NCBI GenBank assembly: GCA_002104945.1
Contig: MCFH01000004.1
Location: 930,001-994,000, forward strand
Direction of reading: 5' to 3'
Length of the DNA stretch: 64,000 nt
Origin: Piromyces finnis finn
Taxonomy: Eukaryota; Fungi; Neocallimastigomycota
The position numbers and the translations under genes were made by a program. The notes beneath the pieces are model-generated. The model was not told the DNA's origin. It ran no database searches and saw nothing but the letters and a program-made list of their open reading frames with translations. Numbering within the stretch: position 1 is the stretch's first letter; every line of letters begins with the position of its first letter. Shown piece by piece: positions 48,707 through 64,000 of this stretch.

Positions 48707-50483
48707 TTAAACGTTAAATATTAAAAATAAATCATTATAGATAATAATTGATTTTTTAAGAGTTTTCGATAGTGGTAAGGGTTGATGTAAGATAGTTTTA
48801 GGTTCTTTAATAACAAGTAGAGTCCCATTTTGAACGTTTTTATTACAAAGTGTAACAATATTATCATTCTTATCAAAGGTATGTATTGAATTTGATGCGT
48901 CTTGGGCATGGTGATTTTTTTCTTTTAAATCTTTTAATAATTTTATGATTTTTTCATTTTCAATATTATTTTGCGATGGCCAGGAACGATTGAAGTTTGT
49001 GAGAACTATAATTTCTAATGAACTTTTACCTCCTTCCTTTCGATATAAATTTGAAAAATTTTCTTGAAATGAAGCCACCAAGCGACACTTCATTTCAATA
49101 TTAGAATTTAGTGTGAATACTTGTTTTATCTCCACAATTACAGTATTTTTAAACATATCATTGATAGATTCTATAAAATTGGAATAATATTTTTTTTTTA
49201 TATATTATATATAAATATATAGATTTTATTATTTATTTATGGTTAATATTGTATTTTATTTATTAGTTTAAAAAAAAAATATTTTTTTTAATATTTATTA
49301 GTACTTGATTTTTGAATGGAATGGAGCCATATATGAAAATTTGACCTTTTCTTTGCTATTATATTTACTAATCTTTCAGAATATCCATTTCTTTTTTTTT
49401 TTTTTTTTTTTAATTTTTTATTAAATTTTTGGTGAAACGTTTTAATTAAATATGTTATTTAAGTATTATTATTCATGAATTAATGAATTAGTTAATGTAT
49501 TTTAAATATGTATATTAAAAATGGAAAAACTATTAAATCTTGAAATTGTTTTGTACTTACTTTACAAATTTCAAATTTTGTTGAGCATATGAACTTAAAA
49601 GATTCTTTGAATTCCAATCTTTATTCGGTGAAGTCAACTGACTAAACTCTATTTTTTCATAGGAATTGATAAAGTTAGAATATTGATTTTGAAATGTATT
49701 TATATTACTGGCATGTACTTGTTTTGTCTCTTTAAGATTTTCATTTATTTTTTCAAAAGTTTTAGATAAATTAACAAATTTATTTGTAGTTTTCTGCTGA
49801 TTCACATTTCCAATGTTAATTACATTCTTTTTTTTTATTTGGTTTTGAATTATATTATTTGTTGGTGAATTCTATTATTATATTATTAAAAATTGTCAAT
49901 AATTTTTTTTTTTTTTTTTTTGGAAGGGTTTAATAAATAAATAAATAATTTATATTACCTTATAATTTGATAATATTATATTTTTATTATTATAACTATT
50001 AAAATATATAAATTTTATTTAAAAAATATTAGATGTTTATAGGTATAGGTATTGCAAAATTATTATATAAAACATTTTTTTTTTTTATTACTTTTCATTT
50101 GGGGAAATATCTATTTTTATTCTTTTATTTATATCGCTATTGTTACTTGTTAGTGAAATTCTTTTTTTATTTTTAGATTTTGTTAAACTTGGTGATATTT
50201 GTTGGGGTGGTGTTGCGTATTTTTGAATAAATTTATCATAAGTTTTATTAAGATCGATGTTATTAGGACTTTGATTATCATTAAAATTTGTAACTTTTTT
50301 AGGTTTCAATGGTGTTTTAAGATTTGGACTTTTAAAAGATACTGTCGATATTTTATTTTCTGAACTTTTATTCACTTTCAAAGCAGTTTCATTTGTGGTT
50401 GTATTCCTTGTAGAATTTATATTCATTCCTGAATTTATATTGCTGTAAAAAGTAGTATTTTTTTCATTATTAAATTTTGACAT
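48707..50483 (-). CDS. Putative SPIDR-like (DUF4502-like) DNA-repair scaffold protein, compact form (about 430 aa, 5 exons)
   Basis: Five exons join in frame, including a 37-nt exon near 49960-49996. Spliced segment FVK|NGYSERLVNIIAKKRSNFHIWLH resembles recalled human SPIDR YVRGGLAERLNGLQNRERSAISLWRH. It is followed by TVIVEIKQV and GTLLVIKEP, giving an OB-like beta pattern. The N-terminus is low-complexity with TP/SP sites. Confidence 0.5.
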
Positions 50484-51448
50484 TATTAAATATGTAAATG
50501 TGTATATTATATATTATACACTAATTTTATTTTATTTTATTTATTTATTATATGGTTTTTTTTTAATTTATTAAAAATAAAAACATAAAACTTATTTATA
50601 TTTTATTTATTTCTTTCTTTTTTTTTTAATCATATCAAAATTTTTCATTTAAAAAAAAAAAAATGCATTTTAAAATTTAAAATTTTAAAATAAAGAAAAG
50701 GAAAAAGGTTGATAATAAAATTAGTTTAATTAAACTTTTTTTTTTTTTTTTTTTTTTTTGAATTTTTTATTAGAAATCAAATTAAAAAAAAAAAATTTTT
50801 TCAAAAATCAAAATTTATGTTAAAAATTTTTTTTCTTAAAAAATATTATTGATCCTTAAAATTTAAAATCGTTGTAATAAAATGTAAAGTCAATGTTTTA
50901 ATATATACGTCAATGGTCCAACTTTGTATTTTCACAATAGATAATAGAATTTTAAATAAATTAAGATTGTTTTTTTTTTTAACTTTGAATTAATCTTTTA
51001 AAGGATTTTAATTCTTTACAAATTTCAATGTGTTTTTTTTTTTTTAAAAAAAAAAAATAATAATAATTAAAATGTTGTTATATTCAAAAACAAACCTTTT
51101 TTTTTTTTAAAAAAAAATAAATAAATAAATAAATTTTTAAATAAATAAATAAATAATGAATAGGACAGTTCAAATATAATATAAATAAAATGCCATTCTA
51201 TATAATAAAACATGGTGTATAAGAAATAAATATTATATAAATATATATATTTAAAATGAATTAAAAATGAAATTTTAAAACATCTATTATCAATATTTAA
51301 TATAAAACAAATTTTCAGTTAAAAAATAAATGTATGTATACTTTAATTATGTTTTCTAAATACTAATTTTAAATATATATTTCTTTTAATAATATAGTTT
51401 ATTGTTTATTTAAAAAATATTATATATTTAAAATAAGAAAAATCAAAA

Positions 51449-54330
51449 ATGTATGGTAAGTTATCAAAAATTGTATTATTAGGATTTATATTTGTGTAAA
51501 AATTATTTCGGTTCATTTATTAAAAATTTAAATTTATATTAATAACTATAACATAAAAAAAAAAAAAATATAAAAAGGACGACCACCTATGTATAATCCA
51601 AGACCATATACTCCAACAATTTCAGCACCATTTCGTCCAAATTTAATGACACAACCACCTGGTTATATACCACAACCAATGGGATATCAATCAAAATTTA
51701 GACCACAAATGCAAATGCCAATTCCACATACAATAATCCCTCAAAGTAGTAACGAAATATATTTAAGTGTTTATATTGGAGATATTCCAGAAGGTATAAC
51801 TGATGAATTTATAGAGCAAATTTTAAAGGTAAATTCTTTATAAAAATTAATCATTATATAGAGTACAAAGTACAATGGGTATTATATTTTATTTTTTAAA
51901 TTAAATAGCATAGTTAATGTTCATTTTATATTATATATATATTCCTATTGTTATTGTTATTATTGTTATTAGGTTTGTGGTAATGTTCGCAGTTGGAAAA
52001 GAGTTATAGACTCAACTGGACAAAAAAAGAATTTTGGTATATGTGAATTTGAAGGTTTTGAAGTGTTATTCCGTGCCTTAAGAGTAATAGGTGGTGAAGC
52101 CAATAAAGAGCTTGGTAAAGAAGAAAGTGGTTGTATAGAATTGCCAACTGATGATGAAAATGTAACAATGCAACATGTATCGGTAAATGTTATTATATAA
52201 TCTAAAGATTAATAAATTTAAATTTATTTTAAAAAAATCACTAAATAAAAATAAAATAAAAAAAAAAACTTTTATAATATTTAAAATATAATTTATTGGT
52301 ATAGTTTATTATTGATAATAGTACAAGATCATATATTACAAAGAATTCAAAACCAAGAAATCCAGTAAGTTTATATATATATATTTTTTAAAAAAAAAAA
52401 ATATAAATATATACATGTCAATATTATTTTTTAATATTAATTAGAAATTAATTGTAATTCAAAACTTATAAATTATTATTAATACTTGTTAAAAAAAAAA
52501 AAGTATGATTTGGAAAAAGATAAAGAATGTTTAAAATCAATAGAAGAACTTATATCAAAATTAGTAGAAGAAAAAAAGAAAAAGATAGAAGAAAAAAAAA
52601 CCAAGGATGGTGAAACAAATAAATTAACAGCGGAACAAGAAGAATCAATAAATAAAGAAATAAGAGAAATTCGCGATCAAACTCTTCAAGAAAAAGATAA
52701 ACATGATTCAGAATATGATAGAAAGCGCAGAAGAGATTACGATTCATCATCATGGAGAAATGATTCTGCAGACGAAGAAGAAGAAGAAAGACGTAGACAA
52801 GAAAGACGTGAAAAGGAAATGGAACAAGTTTATAGAGAAGTAATTAAAAATTTATATTTTTTATATGTTAAGTAAAAATAGAATAGTGATACGTTACTTT
52901 GGAAGAGATAAAATAATTTTTTATCCTTATTATTACTAATTAGTTAATTGATTACTCATTATAAAAAAAATTTTTTTTTGTTATAAATTCATAATTATAT
53001 GTTGTAATAAATATATAAACTACGAATCACAATTATCACTTATATCCTCTCAAAAATTATTATGTATATACAAATGAACATTTAATAAATGGCAGAGAGT
53101 AAAAAGATGGGAAAATAGAGAATATGATAAAATGAAGGATTATGAATTAGATCAATTAGATGAAGAAGAATATGCTGAACGTAGAAAAAAGGAAAGAGAA
53201 ATATATATGGAAAGATTAGCAAATTATGATGATGATGTTGAAAGAGATAGAGCTGAACATGAATATTATTATGATAGAAATAGATGGTGGAGTCATAGAA
53301 AGTCTTATTTATCACGAGAAGCAAAAGAAGATGATATTGATCGTAGACGTGAAATGGAAGAAAATGAAGAAAGAATGAAGAAAGAAATAAAATTAGATTA
53401 TGGAAGTGCTGAAAGTAAGTATTAATTAAAATAATAATAGAATTGTTGATAAATAGTTTATTTTTAATTGTGATTATACTAAAAAAATAATAATTTTTAA
53501 TATTTTCATTTTATATATTTTAATTGTGATTATACTAAAAAAAATAATAATTTTTAATATTTTCATTTTATATATTAATATAATACATCGCATTGCTATA
53601 TTATTTTTCTATGGGTTTATTTTATAAAAAATTTTATCAATAATAATTTATGATTTCATCACTAAATTTAATATAGATGAACCAATGCCAGTTATTCCAA
53701 AACGTACAGAAGAACCAAAACCACAACCAAAATCAGAACCAGAAATGATTGTTGGTCGTATCATGACAGCTGAAGAAAGAAAGGAAGCTATCGAAAAAAT
53801 AATAAGTGCTATACCAAATGATAAAGATGCTCTTTGGAAATGGGATGTTCAATGGAACTATATTGATGAAGTAAATAGAAGCAATCTTTATATATATATG
53901 TTAATTTTTTTTTATTAAAAAAAAAAAAAAAAGTAATGTATTTGTAATATATAATTTAATATTAATTTAATTTATTCTATATTCATTAATCCAAAAAATT
54001 AGACATTACTTAAAGAAAAAATTATACCATTTGTTGGAAAGAAGATTAAAGAATATTTTGGTGAAGAAGAAAAGGAATTAGTAGATTTTATTGTTAGTTA
54101 TATTAAAAATCATAATACTGCCGAACAATTATATAATGAATTAAAACCAGTAAGTTTGATACTCTAAAAATTTTATATTCTTTTATGTATTTTTGTAAAT
54201 CAAATAATAATCGTTATTATATTTCAATTATAATCTATAGGCATTAGCAGAAGAAGCTGAAGTATTTGTAATGATTATCTGGCGCATGGTTATATACGAA
54301 ACTGAATATAGAAAACAAGGATTAAACTAA
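51449..54330 (+). CDS. RBM25: RBM25/Snu71 U1-associated splicing factor (Pro-rich, RRM, charged RE/RD region, PWI domain)
   Basis: RRM SVYIGDIPEGITDEFIEQILK|VCGNVRSWKR..FGICEF. PWI IISAIPNDKDALWKWDVQW..PFVGKKIKEYFGEEEKELVDFI..LAEEAEVFVMIIWRMVIYE. Confidence 0.93.
53462..53576. repeat. Tandem duplication of about 57 bp inside an RBM25 intron
   Basis: taattgtgattatactaaaaaaa(a)taataatttttaatattttcattttatatatt occurs twice back to back, differing by one A. Confidence 0.85.
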
Positions 54331-55409
54331 ATTATAAAAATGAATGACTTTCACCTTTTTTTTTTATCTTTTATCATCATCATTAGTATCATTTTTTATT
54401 TTTTATTTTTTTTATATTAATAACAATGTATTCTATTAATATATTTAGTTAAAGAATATTTTTATCAGTTTATCATTTAATACTAATTTTTCAAAAATTA
54501 TATTAAAATAAAAAAAAATAAAAATAAAAATTATATTTACATATATGTGTTATGAATAATAATGGTATTACTCTGTTTTATAACATGTCTAAATTTTTTG
54601 TAATTAAAATGGTATAAATTTTTTTTTTTTATATTTCAAAATTTTAATAAAAATAAAATTTTTGAAATTTAATTTAAATTTCATATATATTAATGTATAT
54701 TATACAATATATTATATTTTAACGTTATTGGATAAATTGTAATGTTATATATATTTTTTAAAAAAAAAATATTTTTTTTTTAATTTTTTTTCTTTAATAT
54801 TTTATCTTGAAGTAATATTTTAAAGGTGAAATTAAACTATAATAATTCTTAATTTTTATTTTATTTTTATAATTTTTATATAGGTTATTATGTTTTTTTT
54901 TTTTTTATCATTATTATTATTAGTTATTACCACTAAATAAAAATGGAAGTAAACAGGAAATAAGAAAAACAAAAATTTTATTATCAAGATATGAAATTAA
55001 CATTTCAGAAAACCAAAAAAAAAAAAAAACATTTTTATTCTAAAAGAAAGGAGAAATGAAAAAATAATGAAATAACTTTATATTAATAAATATGATATCC
55101 CAGTGAATCGAAATGAATGATTCAAAAGAAAAGCGATATATTTTATTAAAATCAAAAAAAGAATTAATTATTATATTTCAAAAAAAAAAATAAATATGAA
55201 ATAAATTAAATATTCAACCATTTTATCCACATGAAACTTAAAAACTAGAAAAAAAAAATATTTATGATGAATAAAATGATATATCTTTATATAATTTTAT
55301 AAATATATATATATATATATATTATTTTTCCAAATAAAATATCTAACCGAAATTTTATATATAATATAATTCTATTTTTTTTTTTTTTTTAAATAAAAAA
55401 GATAATAAA

Positions 55410-55468
55410 ATGGTAAGGTTTATTATATATATATACAAATTAAATAAAAATTGGTATTTATAAAGTTT

Positions 55469-55507
<39 letters not shown>

Positions 55508-58046
55508 TATATTTTTATTTTTAATTTTTTAAATTTCATTCATATTTTTTAAATTTAAAAAATACTACACCATACAATGTTGAATCAAAAAAAAATAATA
55601 ATAATAATAAAGAAAATCAAAACTATATCACGTAATCCAGAAGATTACACAAGAGAACGTTCACAAGATATTGTTAGAGCTCATAGAAATTTAGATCCAA
55701 ATTTACATCCATTCGAAAAAGCTCGTGAATATACCCGTGCCTTAAATGCCACTAAATTAGAAAGACTTTTCTCAAAACCATTCCTTGGTTCACTTACTGG
55801 ACATATTGATGGGGTTTATTCCCTTGCTAAACATCCAACACATTTAACCTCTATTTTATCTGGTAGTGCTGATGGAGGTAAAAAATTATATTTAAAATAT
55901 TTTTATAAAAAAATAATATTGTTTTATTTTATATTTTAATATGTACTTCGATAAAAAAAATCGAATATTATGAATATATGCCATTATTAAAAAATGTATA
56001 TTTCTTTTAATCATAGAATTAAGATTATGGAATTTATCTTCCAAAAAAACTGTTTGGTCAGCCCAAGCTCATAAAGGTTTTGTTAAAGGAATATCATGGG
56101 TCCCTTTCTCTCAAAATTTTGTTACTGTTGGTGAAGATAAAACTGTTAAATTATGGGATAGAAATGAAGAAGAGGTAATTAATAAATATATATAATAGGA
56201 AAAAAAATCAAAAAAAAAAAAAAAAAAAAAAAAAATAAATTAAAATAAAATGATTATTTTAAAAGTTAAGAACTCATAACTTAAAAATTTATAATTTTTT
56301 TTTCAATAAATAATTATATAATTAAATATTATAATATAATATATAGCCATTAAATATTTATTTATCTAAAGATGTATTCAAGTAAGATTTTTTTTAATTA
56401 AAAAAAAAAAAGTACATTATAAAGTATTTCAAATATTTCAAATAATTATTCTAATATATTTAATATATTTTTTAAATATTATATACACAACCATTTCAAT
56501 TAATAATATAATTAATTACAATAAAAAAAAAAAAAAATAGTGGTGTTGATCATCACCGTTCTCAAAATGTCTTTGCTACTGCAAGTTCAGATATTCAAAT
56601 TTGGGATCATTCTAGAGCTGAACCAATTCAAACTTTTACTTGGGGTGCTGAAACTATTACTACTGTTAAATTTAATCAAACTGAAGTTAGTATTTTAGCT
56701 AGTGCTGGTACTGATAGAACTATTACTTTATATGATTTAAGAACTTCTTCACCATTAGCTAAATGTATTTTAGCTGTAAGTTTTAATAGATAATAATAAA
56801 TTAAAAAAAAAAAAAAAAGATAATATGTATTTACATTATTATTTATTTAAATTTAATCCTGAATATATAAAAAATTAATAATTTCTATTAAAAAAATATT
56901 AGTTAAGAAGTAATGCTATTTCATGGAATCCTATGGAAGCCTTTAACTTTGCAGTTGCTAATGAAGATCATAATTGTTACATTTACGATATGAGAAACCT
57001 TAAGATGGCTTCAAATATTCTTAAAGATCATGTTTCTGCTGTGTATGTTAAATATATAGGAAAAAGAATTAATAATACCAATATAATTTTTTTTATTTAT
57101 TTTGATTATGATTATGATTATGCTTATTATTTCTAACTTTTATATATAAATAGCTTAGATGTTGATTATTCACCAACAGGAGAAGAAATTGTTACTGGTT
57201 CCTACGATCGTTCCATTAGAATCTTCAATGCTAGAGAAGGTCACTCAAGAGATATATATCATACTAAGCGTATGCAAAGGTATATACCCTAAGAAATATT
57301 ACAAGAGTTTTTCAACTAGAAAAAAATAATAATAATGATAAATATAACTAAACAAACCTATTTCCTCTAATAAACGTTTATTTTCTTTTTTTTTTTTTTT
57401 TTTTTTTTTTGTTTATTTTGTATAAAATAGAATTTTCTGTGTCAAATTCAGTATGGATTCTAAATACATTTTATCAGGTAGTGATGATGCTAATATTCGT
57501 TTATGGAGAGCTAATGCTTGGGAAAGATTTGGACCAGTAAGTAACCTTTTATTACAAAGTCATAATATGATTGATTGCTGTTAATAATAAATGATCAATC
57601 TACGCAAGAGCTATAAAATTTTATTTATTAATAATGAAAACATATTAATATGAACAACAATATATATTTTTCTTTGTATTCTATAGCAATCCTCAAGAGA
57701 AAGAAATGCAATTGCCTACTCCAAGAAACTTAAGGAGAAGTACAAGCATATGCCAGAAATTCGTCGTATTGACAAGTATGCATTTAATAAAAATTTTTCA
57801 TAAAATAAATATATTATTTTAGGCATAAAAGTGAAATACACCTTTAATTATTAACTGTTCATATAATTTAAAATTTTATTTAGACATCGTAATATTCCAA
57901 AGGCTATTTCAACAGCTTCTAAGACCAAACGTATTCAAATTGAATCCATTAAACGTAAAGAAGATAACCTTCGTAAACACAGTAAGAAGGGAACTGTACC
58001 ATATGTACCAGAACGTAAGAAGAATTTTGTTACTCTTCAAAAATAA
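55410..58046 (+). CDS. DCAF13: DCAF13/Sof1 WD40 SSU-processome protein
   Basis: First coding exon is ATG alone (ATG|gtaagg). Then KIKTISRNPEDYTRER..RNLDPNLHPFEKAREYTRALNATKLERLFSKPF, WNPMEAFNFAVANEDHNCY, DVDYSPTGEEIVTGSYDRSIR, YHTKRMQR, LSGSDDANIRLWRANA and HMPEIRRI. Confidence 0.96.
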
Positions 58047-58619
58047 GGGAAGAATATCAAAAGGAAAAGAAAATATTTTATTACCTACCTACCTACCTAC
58101 CTCAATACTATTATTTTTTGTTATTTTTATCACAGCAAATAATACATTTATTTTTTTAAACAACTGTCATATATTTATTCGAAAAAAAATAGAATAAAAA
58201 TTTTTAAGAAAAAGAAAGAAATAGAATAGAAGAAAATAGAGAAAATGAAATAGTATATATAAATATATTATTTCATTTTTCATTTTTTATTTTTTATTTT
58301 TTATTTTTTATTTTTTATTTTTTATTTTTTTAAAATATTATCTGTAGAAGAAAAGAAAAGAAAAGAAAAAAACATTTCCTAAAATATATTATTTCATATA
58401 ATATTTCTTTTTTCTTTTTATATATATTATATTAATAATTTGTTTTCTAGTATTATTTATTTATTTATTTATTTAATAATTGTTTATTATTATTATTATT
58501 ATTTTTTCCATCCATAATTAATAAACTTTATAATAAAGAAGAAATAGTTTATCCTTTTTTTTTTTTTTTTTTATGCTCTTTTATTTTTTATAATAATATA
58601 ATATAAATAAATAAATATA

Positions 58620-58651
<32 letters not shown>

Positions 58652-58720
58652 AAAAAAAAAAGTAAAATGGTTTAAGTAAAATAGGAAATAGGTATTAAAA
58701 AAGAAATAAATTTTTTATTA

Positions 58721-58765
<45 letters not shown>

Positions 58766-58901
58766 AAACTTTTTAACAATTTAAAATATTATTATTATTT
58801 TTTTTTTTTAATATAGATATTATATAGTATTATTTTAATAAAAATAATAGATTCTCTATATACATATATATATATACATATATATGTACACGCACGCACT
58901 C

Positions 58902-60605
58902 TTAATTAAAACTACTTTGAATTAAAATACCAGACATATCAATTCCTTCACCATTTCTTTCCTATATATTTATAAATCAAAAAAAAAAAAAGAAAAAAGA
59001 ATATATATATAGAAATAAAAAATGGTATAAAGAATTAATAATATATATAATGTTTTTTTTTTGTTTTTTTTTTTTTCATTTATTATTTTTACCTTTTTAT
59101 AAGCAATAATCATTTCTTTAAATGAATTGAAATCACCAAGACTAGTTAATATATCAAAAACATCACCAAACATATCTTCTTCATCTCTTTGACTAAATAT
59201 TATAATATAGTGGAAATAAAAGTAAAATATAAAATAAAATAAATATTAAAATTTTTTAACTTTATTTTAAATTGTATAATAACTACTACTATAAAATAGT
59301 AAGAAGAAGAAAAAAAAACAAGAATAATAGAAATTTTAAACTTTTTTTTTTTTTATTGAAATATATTTATCTCTTCCTTTAATATATATATCATCATCAT
59401 CCATACTTTAACATCATTAAAAATTCAGTCATATCAAACCAAGAAAATTTTTCTTTTAATTTTTTTTCTAAATATTGTTCAATTTTTTCAGTCTATAATC
59501 ATTCATGGGTAGTTATGCAATTAATTTCAAGTATACATAGATTACATATATATATATATAATATAAAAATGAAAAAAACAATATAAAATTATAAAAAAAA
59601 AAAAAAAAAGGATTTTTTCAATCATTAATATAAAATATAGATAAATAAGAATAAAAATAAAAGACTATTATTTATTAATGGTGTGAAAAGAAGAAGAGCT
59701 ATTTACATAATCGTTAAAGATTTCTGTATATATTAATTTATTTTCTTCTGTATCTTCAAATTCTTCACAATTTTCTTTGAAAAATTTTTCTTGAAGTGTG
59801 GTAAATTCATCATCTAATCAAAAAAAAAAATAAAATAAATAAAATAAAAATAAAAAATAATTTTTTTAAATAGAGTTATATATATATATATATTAATAAG
59901 ATAAAGTAAAGATTATTAAATTCTATTTTTTTTTTTTTTTAATATATATATATAAATAGAGATATTATTATTAGAATAAAATAATATTTATTTATATACC
60001 AAGTATAATATCTTCAATAGCACCTATGGTTGTATCGAATTTTTCATCCTTACTACTATATTTACTATAAATTTAATATTTTTATCAAATATTTTTTTTA
60101 AAAAAAAAAAAAAGGTGTTAATGTCATAATTTATTTTAAAAAGTATTCAAAAAAATAAAAATGAAAGGAAAAAAAAAAAAGTATATATATATGTGTATAC
60201 ATATTATAACTTGTATTTTTTTTTTTAATAGTTATAATCATTAATAATTGTTCTCTTTCAAAATATATATATACATATATATATATATAAAATGAATATT
60301 GATTATTTGTATAATGTAAATATCTGTATAAAAAATAAAATAGGTAGGTGACAAGTTTATATATATGTATATACAATTGAATATAAATATATATTTTTTA
60401 TCTATAATTTTTTCTTTAAGGGTGTAACTACTACATCATTCAATTTCTACCTTTCATATGTAATTTCAGTTAAAGAAAGGCTTCTACTTTTATCTTAATA
60501 TTAAAATATATATATTTGTTATTATTACAAAAGAAATAATTTATAATATTATTTCATTATTATTATTATATTTTATATAATAAAATTACCTTCAGAGATC
60601 AACAT
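58902..60605 (-). CDS. ARL2BP: ARL2-binding protein (BART domain)
   Basis: Spliced MLISE|DKSR..E|SSKDEKFDTTIGAIEDIIL|DDEFTTLQEKFFKENCEEFEDTEENKLIYTEIFNDY|TEKIEQYLEKKL..FDMTEFLMML|NQRDEEDMFGDVFDILTSLGDFNSFKEMIIAYKK|ERNGEGIDMSG; all junctions are in phase. Confidence 0.9.
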
Positions 60606-60677
60606 GTTTATAATAAAATTTTATTATTAATATTATTTTTTATTTTTAGTTTTTATTTTTATTGAGTTTTATTTTTA

Positions 60678-60716
<39 letters not shown>

Positions 60717-61045
60717 GGATTTATACTCTTTTTTTTTTTAATAAATTAAAAAATAAAAAATAAAAACAATATGAAAGAAATTAATTTTTTTTTTTTTTTT
60801 AATAAAAAATAAAATTTCATTTTAATTAAAATAGAAAATAATTTTTAATTAAAAATTGAATAGATTTTTAAAACTTTAAATTTTAATAAATTCTTTTTCA
60901 ATTTAGAAAAAAAAAAAAGTATAATTTAAATACAAGTTGACACAAACGACAAAATGAAGAAAGGTGTTAAATTTTATATTATGTTTTTTATATATTTTAA
61001 TTTATAATATCTATATCATAAATTATACATTGTATTAAAAGAGAA

Positions 61046-61076
<31 letters not shown>

Positions 61077-61238
61077 TAAAAAACTAAATGTAACTTTTTT
61101 TTTTTTTTGTATTAATTAAAAATATTTATATCTATACTTTTTTTTGTTTGTTATTATAATGATCTTTCATCTTCACTATTGTTTATAATCCCATATTTTT
61201 TTTATTTACTATTAAATATATTATAAAATATCATTTAT

Positions 61239-64000
<2,762 letters not shown>

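Noticed and set aside
48707-49156. HROB/MCM8IP (DUF4539) as the identity of the OB-like domain
   Set aside because: It lacks the DPTGEM.GT.H motif I recall for HROB; the upstream helix fits SPIDR better.

Overview
Extremely AT-rich, intron-dense eukaryotic DNA, almost certainly from an anaerobic gut fungus (Neocallimastigomycota), judged from a GH6 cellulase carrying tandem fungal dockerins. I reconstructed 14 protein-coding genes by reading exons and GT-AG junctions by eye. In order: dockerin-GH6 cellulase (partial), CTF4/Mcl1, a CH-DH-PH-WW-WW RhoGEF, a very large TPP1/Tpz1-like shelterin protein, ARPC3, a cytosolic carboxypeptidase, SCAI, a secreted LRR single-pass membrane protein, CYRI/FAM49, NEM1, a compact SPIDR-like protein, RBM25/SNU71, DCAF13/SOF1, ARL2BP and DNAJC2/zuotin (partial; the two partial genes are additional edge genes, 15 loci in total). 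No rRNA, tRNA, CRISPR array or transposon could be supported. The most notable observations are three. (1) The TPP1-like protein is about three times normal size and carries a Rif1-type SILK+RVxF PP1-docking cassette. (2) A fungal SPIDR-like protein is present. (3) The LRR protein has plant receptor-like-protein architecture with one repeat per phase-2 exon. All homology calls rest on recalled motifs, not database searches. Gene coordinates span start to stop codon including introns.
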